Positions 24,184-35,000 of a stretch of DNA of 36,929 nucleotides are shown here, piece by piece. How positions within the stretch are numbered: the first letter of the stretch is position 1; the number at the start of each line of letters is the position of its first letter. Both the position numbers and the translations under genes were made by a program. The stretch comes from Octopus bimaculoides. Lineage: Eukaryota. Location of the stretch: contig NC_068981.1 in the NCBI RefSeq assembly GCF_001194135.2, positions 46,918,246-46,955,174 of the forward strand. The letters are read 5' to 3'. Under the pieces are notes generated by a model. That model worked only from the letters and a program-made list of their open reading frames with translations, made no database searches and was not told where the DNA came from.

Positions 24184-24477
24184 ATGAAACACAGAGCAAT
24201 TGTAATCTGCCAACGGAGATGGATGCTCCTTTGTACATTCTTCACGTTATGTAATATAGCATTGATTGGAAAAACAGAGGCATATACGAAATACCGCTGT
24301 CATTTTCCAAAGTTTCTAGAGGTTCCAGAAGGCTGGTCGGTTCAATACACTGATGGCAGTCATAAAGCAATCATTGAAAAAGGAAAACTTGATGCGAAAT
24401 CATGTGTCGCTCAGTGCCAAGAATTCGTCAGATACTGCCAAGAAGAGAAAGAAAACGGAAAATATGTCGTCTCACAT
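24184..24477 (+). CDS. Exon 1 of uncharacterised secreted/GPI-anchored Cys-rich protein (signal peptide and start of domain A1)
   Basis: ACAATGA start (A at -3); signal-peptide-like MKHR..WMLLCTFFTLCNIALIGKTEA; CHFPKFL..GW motif; 98 codons ending at the donor CAT|GTAAGA (phase 0). Confidence 0.8.
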
Positions 24478-25390
24478 GTAAGATACTCAAATTTTCTGAT
24501 TTGCTTCTAAAATTTGCTTCTACAATGTGATTTCTGAGTTTATGTCCTTGCTTGTTCTTCCGTTCTGAATTTCTGTTATAATGTACAGCATTCATTTCTT
24601 TTTCACCCACCACTTATACCCGATTTTCTGAAATTTCTAATATATAATTTTTCATGTTGTATTTCGTTGTATATTTTATTATAAAGATTGTTCAAACAAG
24701 TTATATATACATGTGTGTGTGTGTGTGCGTGCGTGCATCCGTGAGTGCCTGTGCAGGCATATATGTATACATATTTATGTATATATATGCATATAGGTGT
24801 GTGTGTATGTGCATTATATATATATATCCATTTCTGTTTTCCTTTTTATGGTGTTCGTCTTGACTTATATATATTTTAATATTTTCATCATTCATTTCAT
24901 TTTCATTGTGTTACATCTTCCTCTTTCTATTTTCCTGTTTTGCGGTTTCTTTTTTTCGTTATTTTCATCAAATTGCTATCTATCTGTTACACTTTCCGTA
25001 AATTTATTTGATGCACCGTTCGTTTTTGTTCACAAAATAAAAGCAAACTCTTTCCTTCTGTTAAAAATAAAAACTGAGTTAAAGGAAAGGTAGCATACTG
25101 CAGTGTATCTAAAATATATTAGCAAAACAAGCTATCGAATAAGAAAGCGTTTATACACATATGTAACAAATAAATACATATACGCATGCAGAAACACGCG
25201 CGCGCACATAAACATACACACACACATGCACACACAGACACATGTGCACACATGCACACACTTATGCATATGTGTGTATATACATACGCATTTATCTCTA
25301 TTTCTCGCGACCTGGCTATATGTCTGTGTCTCTCCTTCACTATATATATATATATATATATNNNNNNNNNNNNNNNNNNNNNNNNATATA

Positions 25391-26668
25391 TATGGTGCGG
25401 TGAATAAATTGTCGCCTTACCCAAAAATAAGAATAGTACTGACTTCTGATTTTAACAGAAGTATTTTACAAAAATGACATAAAAATATCTTGAAATACTA
25501 AAGCGTAAATCCATTCAATAACATGGCCATTGTCTTCAACCAGAGCTTCTAGACGACTTGGGAATCTCCTGCCACTCTTCTGATTATGTTGGTGAATGCT
25601 CTCGTAATCCTTGCCTTCAGTTCATCTTTAGTGTTACAATGAATTTTGTTGGTCACTTGCTCAAAAACGCCCCAAAATAATAATCAAGGAGTGGGGTACC
25701 TGATTGGGAAGTTCGGTGGCCAGATTTTAAGGGTGATGTTGTCGCAGAAATTGTCTAACAGCCATGGGTTCTCCTGCTCGTGTGGCATGGTGCAGAATCC
25801 TCTTGCCAGATAGAGGGTTTTCAGTAGCCGCCCTCTTGATTCAGGGAAGCACTGCCCCCTCCAGGTACTTGATGTAAGACTCCGTGCTGAGTCTAAGGTG
25901 TGTGCAAAGATGAATGGAGGCATAACGTCGCCATAACTTGTGTTCACTCCAAACACCATAATGTTGGCTAGATGTTTGATTTTTATCACTCTAAGTACAT
26001 TTTTTGGGAACACGGCAAGACAACAGTTGTTCAGTGTGTTCACCATCTGATCCTGGCAGAAATTTTTCTGGTCTGAGAAGAACCAAAGCATGTTCGGTTG
26101 GAGGGGATGCTTGAGTTTATTCAAAAGCTTCGTTGCATGGTCTTTCATCTCGTCCTTGATGGGCTGGGATAACAAATGACCTTTTCTCATCTTGTATGAC
26201 GAATACTAAATGTCTCCATGTACTACCTGCCCGATAAGAAACTCAGACAATCCCATGTCCTTGGGGATGGACCTGGTCAACTTCGAGGGATCGTTGTCAA
26301 TCATAGCCGGATATCACCAAGAAATTCAGTAGTTGTTTTCTTTTCAGAATGATCTGAGTGAGTTTTTCGAGCTTCCGTACCTTCGTAATTGACTCATCCA
26401 ACTATTTCCGAGTCCTCTGCACCGTCCTCAGATTGACCCCCCAAATACTCTGAATTGTTCGCATTGGAGCTTCCGGTGGGAATGCCAAGTATTACAGCAT
26501 ATGGTTTCCGAATTTCTGGCAGAGTGAATTGCGCCATCGTGCTCTTTTTCATACAGACTGTGCCGATCAACCCTTCTAAACTGTGTAGTCGACAACATAA
26601 AAACAAGCAATTCGCATGTGCGAAATTAGAAATATAAAATGACTACAATTTAACAATTGCACCCTTTA
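25391..26668 (-). mobile_element. Full-length decayed IS630-Tc1-mariner transposon, DD37D (maT-type)
   Basis: The transposase can be read from MAQFTLPEIRK (~26535) through YKMRKGHLLSQ, WFFSDQKNFCQDQ, MVFGV..GDVMPPFIF, EDSAPCH and IWPPN.P to NGHVIE. The reconstructed D2-D3 spacing is 37. Imperfect TIRs GGTGCGGTGAATAAATTGTCG / GGTGCAATTGTTAAATTGTAG with TA flanks. Confidence 0.85.
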
Positions 26669-27885
26669 TACACACACATACACACATGTATGTATGTATG
26701 TATGTATGTATGTATGTATGTATGCATATTTTACTCATTATTATCCTTTGCAGATTCCATAAAAGTCTACCAATTTTCCGTAATTACAATGACCACAAGT
26801 TATCTTGCATCATGCCTTCTCGCTGTGATACGATTAGGTGTGTATCTTAGAAAGAATGTGTTCTGCACTTCTGTTACAAATCTGGCCAATCTGCACGAGA
26901 TTGTACGTTTTGTGCAAGATTAACTGATGTACAACACTCTATATGGTTTTATCCGTCTGCTCATATGTAATGCCAACCTAATTTTAGCTATATACAATCG
27001 TTAACACCTCATCTTTGGAGATCAAATAATTCCTTTTCCTTTCTTTCCGGTGACTTAAGTAAACCTACTATTGAAATCCACATATCGAAACACATAAACG
27101 TTAACTTTAAACGCAATTCATTAGATGTGACAATACACCGGTGCAGATAGATAAAATGAGTTAAAAATCCAGGGGCAAGCACGAAATTGTTCGTTGGAAA
27201 TTATTTGTACTGCAATAACTAAAAGAGAACTGTAAGGATGGAGATATATTCAGATGTTCAACTTTTGAAACCTCTCTCGATTTCTCAGTTGCTGCGGAGC
27301 CATACTTTGAAATTATCTAGCAAATTCCCCAAATACCATTATATGCTGATTTTGAACAACGGGAGTTTGTAAGTAGCACTCCTGGATAAGAAAAATATAG
27401 CTGTTTCTTTCAAGCTTTCAATTATAGTATTTTCATTACTGCGGCAAATAGGTTGTCATGTTCATAGCCTGTGATAATGTCTTATGATATTCATAATACT
27501 CTGCTAGTTCGTAAGTATACTGTACTGAATATAATATAATTTCCTCACCAAGAAATTATGCTGAAATTATTCCTAGACGAGCCATGCACAGAAAAATTAG
27601 AATATATTTTTTAATCTTTTTACAAAGTCCAAACCAAGTCAGATTTAGATATATAATATGATAAAAAGAAAAAAAAGATTGTGATTGGTGAAGAAACACT
27701 TCAGATACACATGTTTTCTGTCTGAAATAAAAGACGGAATGATTATGCTTGAATATTGATGGACATCTTTGTAAGCAGTTTAATGTTCATTTAGGTTTTC
27801 TTGACTGTAAGGATAATATAAACGTTCATATATATATATATACAAAGTTCCATTTTCGTTACGGATATATTCAAGGCAATCTGTG

Positions 27886-28525
27886 TACTAGGTGATATGA
27901 AAAGATTTCCGGACTAGTTGTGTTTAATCAAAAAATGTTTAATAAAAAATATCTCAGTGAAGAATCCAGTCTTTCGCGCTCCATAGATGTGGCCACTTTA
28001 GCTGAATGTCTTCTCTCAAATGCTTCAACGCGTTGCAGTAGAACTCTCCCTTGACAGTTTGGCTCAGGGGGACAAATTCTCGATATGAAATACCACATTT
28101 CCAGGGTTGACGCTTGTGGCAGATCTTCCACATCGGTCATCGTCTTCCTGAGCGCTCATAGCCTTTCAGGGACCTTCTTCTGCTTTTGAAACATCCGAAA
28201 CATTGCAGATGACCCATTGCTCCGTCGCTGTAAGCTTGCCGAATCATGCCCCATGTTTCTGTAGCAGACATCCCAAGTTTAACACAAAATTTCACATTGG
28301 CTCTTTGTTTCTGTCCATGACAAAATTGCATATTACAGCATACGCATGATCACCCCCACCCCAACAAAACACAAATTTCACAACTAGCGAAGTAAACACA
28401 GCGATGTCATTCGGCACATTGTCTCATGGCGGTCATTGCTAGTTCACACTGCACATGCAATCGTGTGATGACATCTGTTACCATGCTACAGAAATAGTCC
28501 GGGAACTTGTTCATACCATGTCGTA
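27886..28525 (-). mobile_element. Internally deleted mariner-family element (~640 bp)
   Basis: TIRs TACTAGGTGATATGAAAAGATTTCCGGACT and (reverse complement) TACGACATGGTATGAACAAGTTCCCGGACT; HTH peptide QRANVKFCVKLGMSATETWGMIRQAYSD..ERSGR; catalytic C-terminus missing. Confidence 0.85.
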
Positions 28526-29261
28526 GAATGAAGTACAAAATAGACTTCCATACTTAAAATAATAATGTAGCTCTAAAATGTAAAAACATGTTTATTGTTC
28601 TAAACTCTCTAACAGGTTTTAACTATATCACTAATATTAATTAACAGTAAACAATAGGAACATTTAAGCTATTATCTAACTAACATATTTTTGTACATCG
28701 GAAATCATCCATTCTTGTCAATATATAGAAAAATTACTTACAGTGAATACTGAATATTTTACATATATTGTCATTTATTAATATCTCCGAACTTAGATTA
28801 GTCATTGATAAAAACAAATCGATAACACAACATGGTTCCCATATTAAAGTCCAAAGAGAGGTTTATCTTTAAAAGAATTTCAAAAATGTTTTTAATAAAT
28901 GTTCATTTAATTCAGTCTATTTAAAATTCACTGTTGAAATATAATAGCACATTTTGTTAGACTTTATAGTCTTGAATAATATTGATTTTTGTCAATGACA
29001 TGTTCAGAGAATAAATAATAGCATTTTTCATCGATACCACAAAAGTTTAATTATTAAATGTTGGATTATTGAACGTAGTTGTTAGCCTATCAAAGTATAA
29101 ACAAATATTTCGAGTCCATTGTTGTAAACAAACAATTAAACTCAACTCCGTAATAGTGGACTATGTGATTACAAAAACGCGCTAAAGTTTTCTTTTTACA
29201 CATTAATATAGAATCTATGATATAAAGGAATCACTGACGCCAATAAGCACATTTAGTATTA

Positions 29262-29370
29262 AATACTGCAGCATTGAGAAGTGAGGTGTGTAGCTCAAAA
29301 GAACAATGCAGGCCCTATCCGTGTTTCGAACACGCGACCATTTGATCGATAATCCAATACCTTAAATGGA
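29262..29370 (-). mobile_element. Degenerate tRNA-derived SINE head
   Basis: The reverse complement has a B-box-like GGTCGCGTGTTCGAAAC followed by TTGAGC..CAC core-like sequence; no cloverleaf. Confidence 0.45.
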
Positions 29371-30739
29371 TTATCGTCTTCACACACACGCGCAAAATGC
29401 ATGCATGCGTTTATACGAGAGAGGAAAGCAGACAGAGACAGTGATAAAGATGGATTGAGAGAGCGAAAGAGAGAAAGAAAGTGAAAGAGAAAAGCGAAGA
29501 CAGACAAAGATGGAGAGATAGATAACATTTAGATAATTGTAGTTGTATCTGTCAGGTGATAAGTTTTGGTGCTGGTGTCTAAGACGAGAATTATTTGTTG
29601 TAAGGTACGTGTGAGTGGTAAAATATTTTCATTCCTAGCTGTTAGAATAATCTATTGTTTTGAAATGTTTTAGCGTTTCGAAGATTATATTTTGCAGGAA
29701 GACACTAATTTCAATTTATTGTTCAATAATTGAGTTCTACATAAGACGATATGATAGGATTCATTGGTAGAGATGTGTCAGGTTTAGACTTGTTTTGTTT
29801 TTTCGCATAATTGTTCGTGGGTGAGTATTTTTCAGTTATAGATAAAGTTTTGATTTATTTCCCACGGCTGTTTAGATTGTGGATTTTTTCTCTTGTTTGG
29901 GTTGCATAGCTTATAAATGTGCGCATATACGACAAGTACACATATTTGAAATTTCATGTATGTTTTTGTGCGTGCACTTGAGGACTCTATATCTGAAAGA
30001 AAGTTCCATATTACAATATCTCAATTGTAAACAGACTAAAATAAAAGTATTTTGTTTCTTCAAATGCCAGAGAATTTGATTAATTTTTACGGAGAAAGAG
30101 TTATTACTAATCCAAGACATCTTCAGTATTTGAAAATATCTCAATTATGCACAGTCATTATCGCTTACAATGCTTGATGATGCAGCTGATACTTTAAACA
30201 TTTCCTCACTCTAAATCTTTATATGTGTCCTCATTCAACTGACGAGCAAACTAATTATATGTTAACGAAAGAATATACGACAAACACCTACCACTTGCAA
30301 CATTTACTCTCTAGCGTGTTAAGCCAGTTTGCAATTTAACTTGGAATTTTGTAATCTGTTATTAAATTACATAAGTTTTGTGAAACTCTAAAATATAAAG
30401 TAGAAGAAATGACATTTTTAGTGATGTCTTTTCCAAGTCTCGTTCCTCACGAAGTAACACGATCCTTGTTCTCACGAGTGATGAAAATTTGATATTGTTT
30501 ATTTTCTACTTTCTTCCTTCAATTGTGTTTCCATTTCTTCCCGAGTGTCTTCCCGACACACAGGGCAATGAAACTCACTGCACAAATGTGTATGCTATTA
30601 AAATAAACACACAAGATTGTCCATTTACAAACTCAAGTTATGTGAAGGAAAAGGTGGAAAAGATGAAAGAAGGAAAACGGAAAGGAGTAAAAATGTAAAA
30701 AATGAAAACAATGAAAAAAAGCTAAACATATTAAGGGGA

Positions 30740-31897
30740 AAAAAGGAAATAAAATTCACAGTGACACTGCTTTACTCAATACTTGTGACGTACCAGCTAA
30801 AACATCCTTTGCACTTTTTCCGTATATGGTAAGGCAGGGATCATTCTCAAATAATTTTGAGTTCCTTTTTCCATAAATTCCGAGTTCTCTTACAATCACT
30901 GATATTGTATCCGACTTCAGATGGCATAATTCTTTGATTCCAATGAGCAAATCACTATATTTTCTGAGCTCATTAAATTCTTTTGCCGAGATATGTTGAT
31001 CACAAAGTATGCTCATGTCAATCAATATACAAACCTCATTGTTTTGGTTTTTAGCAATAATATTTGGGTTATTAGCTTTGATTGTCCGGTCTGTATGTCC
31101 TGGAAAGTCCAAAGAAATCGTTGCATTTTGTCCCCCAGTTATAGTCTCAGGGTTGTGCATACATCATTTGTCAGCAGTTTTGATTTTATCATGTCGTTAT
31201 ATTAACCATTGTTGATATTGGCCAACTCTGTCATGTTTTGTTTTAGACTCTATAGCTGTTACAACCTTGCTCCCAGAGATTAGGTGTTTCACTATTTCCA
31301 TCTCATTGTTGCAGTATCGCCACTTGGGATCTACTTTATTTTTCATTACATTGGCAGTTAAGATAAACCCTTCGCTCTCTGTCTTTAAACCTGAGATCCG
31401 TAGCCACTGAAGGCTGTAGACCACTTTTGGTCTACATCAGCTTGTTTACTACAGGTGACATATTAGTTATGCAGAGGATTTTGTTTTCACCTATGAACTA
31501 AATGTTCAAACGCTATTTGCTTTTGCCATTGATTTTACCTTCGTTGCAACAACACTTGCCACACTTCTATTACACCGTTCAATCTGAATATTATGCATGA
31601 GCTCGTTAGTAAATTTTTCTCTCCTTCATAACTGAATGAAACTTCTTTCGCCTCTCGTGGTTTTCAGCGAGTTTTAGCATCCAATCATTAGATGTTTCAA
31701 GAGATTTTGGCCAGTCCAATTGAGGTGGTTTTGTAAGAGATTTCAAACTGAACCAAGCCTCGAACGTCTTGGGTTCTGGGAAGTTAAAGATGATCTGCGT
31801 CTACCTTTGGGTGGTGCATCTTATTGCAAGTCAGCTGCTTTCGGATTTTCCTGTCAATCTTCTTTATTTTGTTCATATTCTAGTTTAACACATCATG
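30740..31897 (-). mobile_element. Decayed 5'-truncated R4/Dong-like LINE fragment C (post-RT, Cys knuckle, RLE)
   Basis: IDRKIRKQLTCNKMHHPKVDADHL.LPR..RGLVQFE; SLQWLRISGLKTESEGFI; KHDRVGQY; DRTIKANNPNII..CILIDMS..KEFNELRKYSDL; ends VLSKAVSL*. Confidence 0.88.
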
Positions 31898-31901
31898 ATT
31901 A

Positions 31902-31966
<65 letters not shown>

Positions 31967-32019
31967 TGTTATTGTTGTTGTTGTTGTTGTTGTTGTTATT
32001 ATGATTATCATTGATGATC

Positions 32020-32069
<50 letters not shown>
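31897..32069. repeat. (ATT)n/(GTT)n compound microsatellite
   Basis: Directly visible, between LINE C and the exon 2 acceptor. Confidence 0.97.
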
Positions 32070-32088
32070 GTGTTTTTATATTCTTCAG

Positions 32089-33720
32089 GAGGAAAAAGAT
32101 GATCCACGCGCCAAATACCTTTGCATGCAGTTTATTAAAAGGAGTAATGCCGTAATGCAGATACGAATGTCACCACTGAGCTCTTCCGACGACGGAATAT
32201 GCAATGACACCCGTTTGATGATGGATGACTGGCCTCTCCTATCCGTCCATTTATTTCATACAACAGAAGTTAAATGCCCTTTTGAAGGAGGCTATGATTT
32301 TGATATAAAATTACCTTCAGGTGAAAAAGTGTGTACAAGTAAAATGTTACCATTTCGGTTTGAAAGTTATTGTGTTGACGAAGAAGGTCTATTACTTAGA
32401 ATTCGTGATAAGACATGTACAGATTACATAGGAAATTTAAAGGAGGAGAACAGACTCCGTTGTTTGGCAACATGGAAACATGGTAAAGATACGTATGTGA
32501 TTGTACGAGAAACTGATGTTGTGCGCTATTGGTGTATGCGCATCATATACGACGATAACGGTATGATTAGCAGAATTTATTTCTTCTTAGATATGATATG
32601 TGATACGAAAACTATATTCCCTACAAGTCGAAAATATCTTGTTTTTGAAATGTATCATCGGGTAATCCGAAGCATATGCAGTGATGAATTTGAAACATGT
32701 AGCAGTCATAATATGTGTAATTCGGAACACAGGTCGCACTGCCTGGAATCTTGTGGTGATTGCCAAATTAAAGCCTTTAGTAAATTTCGTGGTCTTCAAG
32801 CCTGTACCTTCCCAAAGGTTATGCATGGTACTTGGGTGAGGCATGTCAACCAAGGAACGAGCAAAATCACAATAAGTAATAACACAGTCAACATTAATAC
32901 TGAAACAAATTGGCATTGTATTGATGCAGGAGAAGGTAACTATTCTCGAAGACGAGTTCTAATGAAAACATTTGATAACGGTTGCTATCCACGTTTTATG
33001 TGTATCGAACTTCATGAAGCAGCTCCTTCAGTTATGCGATACCGAGTAGGAAAAATTGTTCTTTGGCCTCTGAACATTAGTCATTTACTTCAAGAACATG
33101 TCTGTAATGATAATCTTTTTGCACATAATAGTCCCACATTACCTTCTCAAAGAATCACTCCTTTGCAGAATTTAGTCCGCTCTTATGATAAAAGAACCGT
33201 TTCTTGTAATCTACCGCCTGGACTGGGAACATGGATAGCCTTCCGCGACGAGAAAGCGCGACGTGGCTGCCTCTTAAATGACATTCATTTTGTACCGCAC
33301 CATATGTTTTTGGTGATGGAGAACGAAGAGGGGAAGCACATAACACATGCTGAGTACTTTTGCCTTGCGTCTATGAAATTCATAAATGAATATGACACAA
33401 TAATTACGCAAACAAAAGATCAAAGTAATGAATATTTGTGTTGGATGATCATTGGTAACAAGGAATTCATTATGCTTCCTGCATCTCTCTGTAACAGAGT
33501 TCACGCTGAGGCAGTCTTGAGAAGAGTTGAGAAGCCCTTAGCAAGACTAAGTCTCATAAATAACAGTGAATGCAAACGTGCAGACGAGGAATGGCGTCAA
33601 AGAGTTATAGAAGAAAGAAACAAACATGATAATGTAGAGGTGTCTAAATCCATTGCTACGAATACCCGAGGATGCCTAGCGTTAATTGCATTTTTTATGA
33701 CATATCTGACGTTACACTGA
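32089..33720 (+). CDS. Exon 2 (terminal, 543 aa) of uncharacterised Cys-rich GPI-anchor-like protein with ShKT-like motif
   Basis: 1632-bp uninterrupted non-repetitive reading frame, by far the longest in the window. Regular Cys/Trp pattern, five N-glycosylation sequons (NDT, NNT, NYS, NIS, NNS), hydrophobic C-terminus, TGA stop. Confidence 0.93.
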   Translation, partial: EEKDDPRAKYLCMQFIKRSNAVMQIRMSPLSSSDDGICNDTRLMMDDWPLLSVHLFHTTEVKCPFEGGYDFDIKLPSGEKVCTSKMLPFRFESYCVDEEGLLLRIRDKTCTDYIGNLKEENRLRCLATWKHGKDTYVIVRETDVVRYWCMRIIYDDNGMISRIYFFLDMICDTKTIFPTSRKYLVFEMYHRVIRSICSDEFETCSSHNMCNSEHRSHCLESCGDCQIKAFSKFRGLQACTFPKVMHGTWVRHVNQGTSKITISNNTVNINTETNWHCIDAGEGNYSRRRVLMKTFDNGCYPRFMCIELHEAAPSVMRYRVGKIVLWPLNISHLLQEHVCNDNLFAHNSPTLPSQRITPLQNLVRSYDKRTVSCNLPPGLGTWIAFRDEKARRGCLLNDIHFVPHHMFLVMENEEGKHITHAEYFCLASMKFINEYDTIITQTKDQSNEYLCWMIIGNKEFIMLPASLCNRVHAEAVLRRVEKPLARLSLINNSECKRADEEWRQRVIEERNKHDNVEVSKSIATNTRGCLALIAFFMTYLTLH

Positions 33721-34824
33721 TGAATGTAATAGGTATATAAAATATTTAATTATATATAAAAACAAAACAAATATAATGGTATACGCAAATTATGTATATA
33801 TATATNNNNNNNNNNNNNNNNNNNNNNNNNNNNNNNNNNNNNNNNNNNNNNNNNNNNNNNNNNNNNNNNNNTATGTATGTATGTATTTATATATATATAT
33901 ATATATACGTGTGTATAACCTTGTTTACCAAACTGGGAAAAGATTGTGTGCACACAAATAAATGAAATAAATACTAATAAATTGACCAAATCCAACAACA
34001 GCAAACATTTATATGAATTAATATATGCGTATGAGCCATGAAATAAGAACATGTTCATCACAAAAAAACAACACTAACAACAAATATAAACCTTAATATA
34101 CTGATAAGAAGTAATTTTCCCATTAAATCATCGGATAAATAAAACCACTATCAATGAAGCAGTTAAAATATTACGAAAAGCTACGTCAATTTTTAAACCC
34201 TATTCTTTTATTATGGATTTGGTAGTTATGTCTGGCGATAAGCTTGTGCAGAGCAGGGAGAATGATTAAAAAAATTACTGACGATGTAAAGAGACTGAAA
34301 AGTGTCCAAGAAACCAGCGAGCAATAGAAAGTAAAATGCACAAGTACACAAAATGTTCACGGAATTATGACACTGAAAATAAATGATACATTGAGGGTAA
34401 GACAAATGAAAACAGAATAAAAGTTAATATAAATGGTTTGACAAGAAGACAATCATGGGTAGAAAGGGAAATAATGAGATATAAAGAAAACAAAATACGT
34501 TTTTATCAAAATCTCACTAGGGATATAATGCTAAGACATTTCAATAAAAAGGAAGAATTTAAACAAACGATTGTAAATGCAAAAATTCATCCGCTACACT
34601 TTCCGTTATGTAAAAGGCTCTAGTTGCGTGGAAGGTTATATGTAAGGATTGAAAGAAAACTTAAGTGAGTAGGGGAAAGGACGGTCTAAAAAAAATTGAA
34701 TGAAATAAAGGGGGAAACCGAATGAGAGAGAATGATGTGAACAGTAAAAGAGATGAAGAAATTTGGTGTTATCGTTAGAGAATCGCGAAACCAAGGTGAG
34801 TTAAGCAGAACATTAAAGAAGAGA

Positions 34825-34825
<1 letters not shown>

Positions 34826-34888
<63 letters not shown>

Positions 34889-35000
34889 GTCTATATGTCT
34901 GTCTGTCTGTCCGTCCGTCTATCTATGCATGTATGTATATATGCGTGTGTGTGTGTGTGTGTGCGTGTGTGTGTGTGTGTGTGTGTCTATATGTGTATCT
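34826..35000. repeat. (TCTA)n/(TG)n microsatellite cluster
   Basis: Directly visible. Confidence 0.96.

Larger units (their letters stand above)
24478..32088 (+). other. Predicted 7.6-kb GT-AG intron, phase 0
   Basis: GTAAGA donor and TTTTATATTCTTCAG acceptor; frames join to give YVVSH|EEKDDPRAKYLC. The interval is mostly TE remnants and repeats, and no further coding exon was recognised. Confidence 0.7.

Noticed and set aside
24478-24510. C-terminal VRYSNFLICF of ORF 24184-24510 as a standalone peptide
   Set aside because: Read-through past a good splice donor; the domain continues in exon 2.
29295-29370. Functional tRNA gene
   Set aside because: Only a B-box-like segment; no acceptor stem or anticodon arm; better explained as a SINE head.
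32587-33504. Minus-strand ORFs within exon 2
   Set aside because: Antisense shadows of the real CDS.
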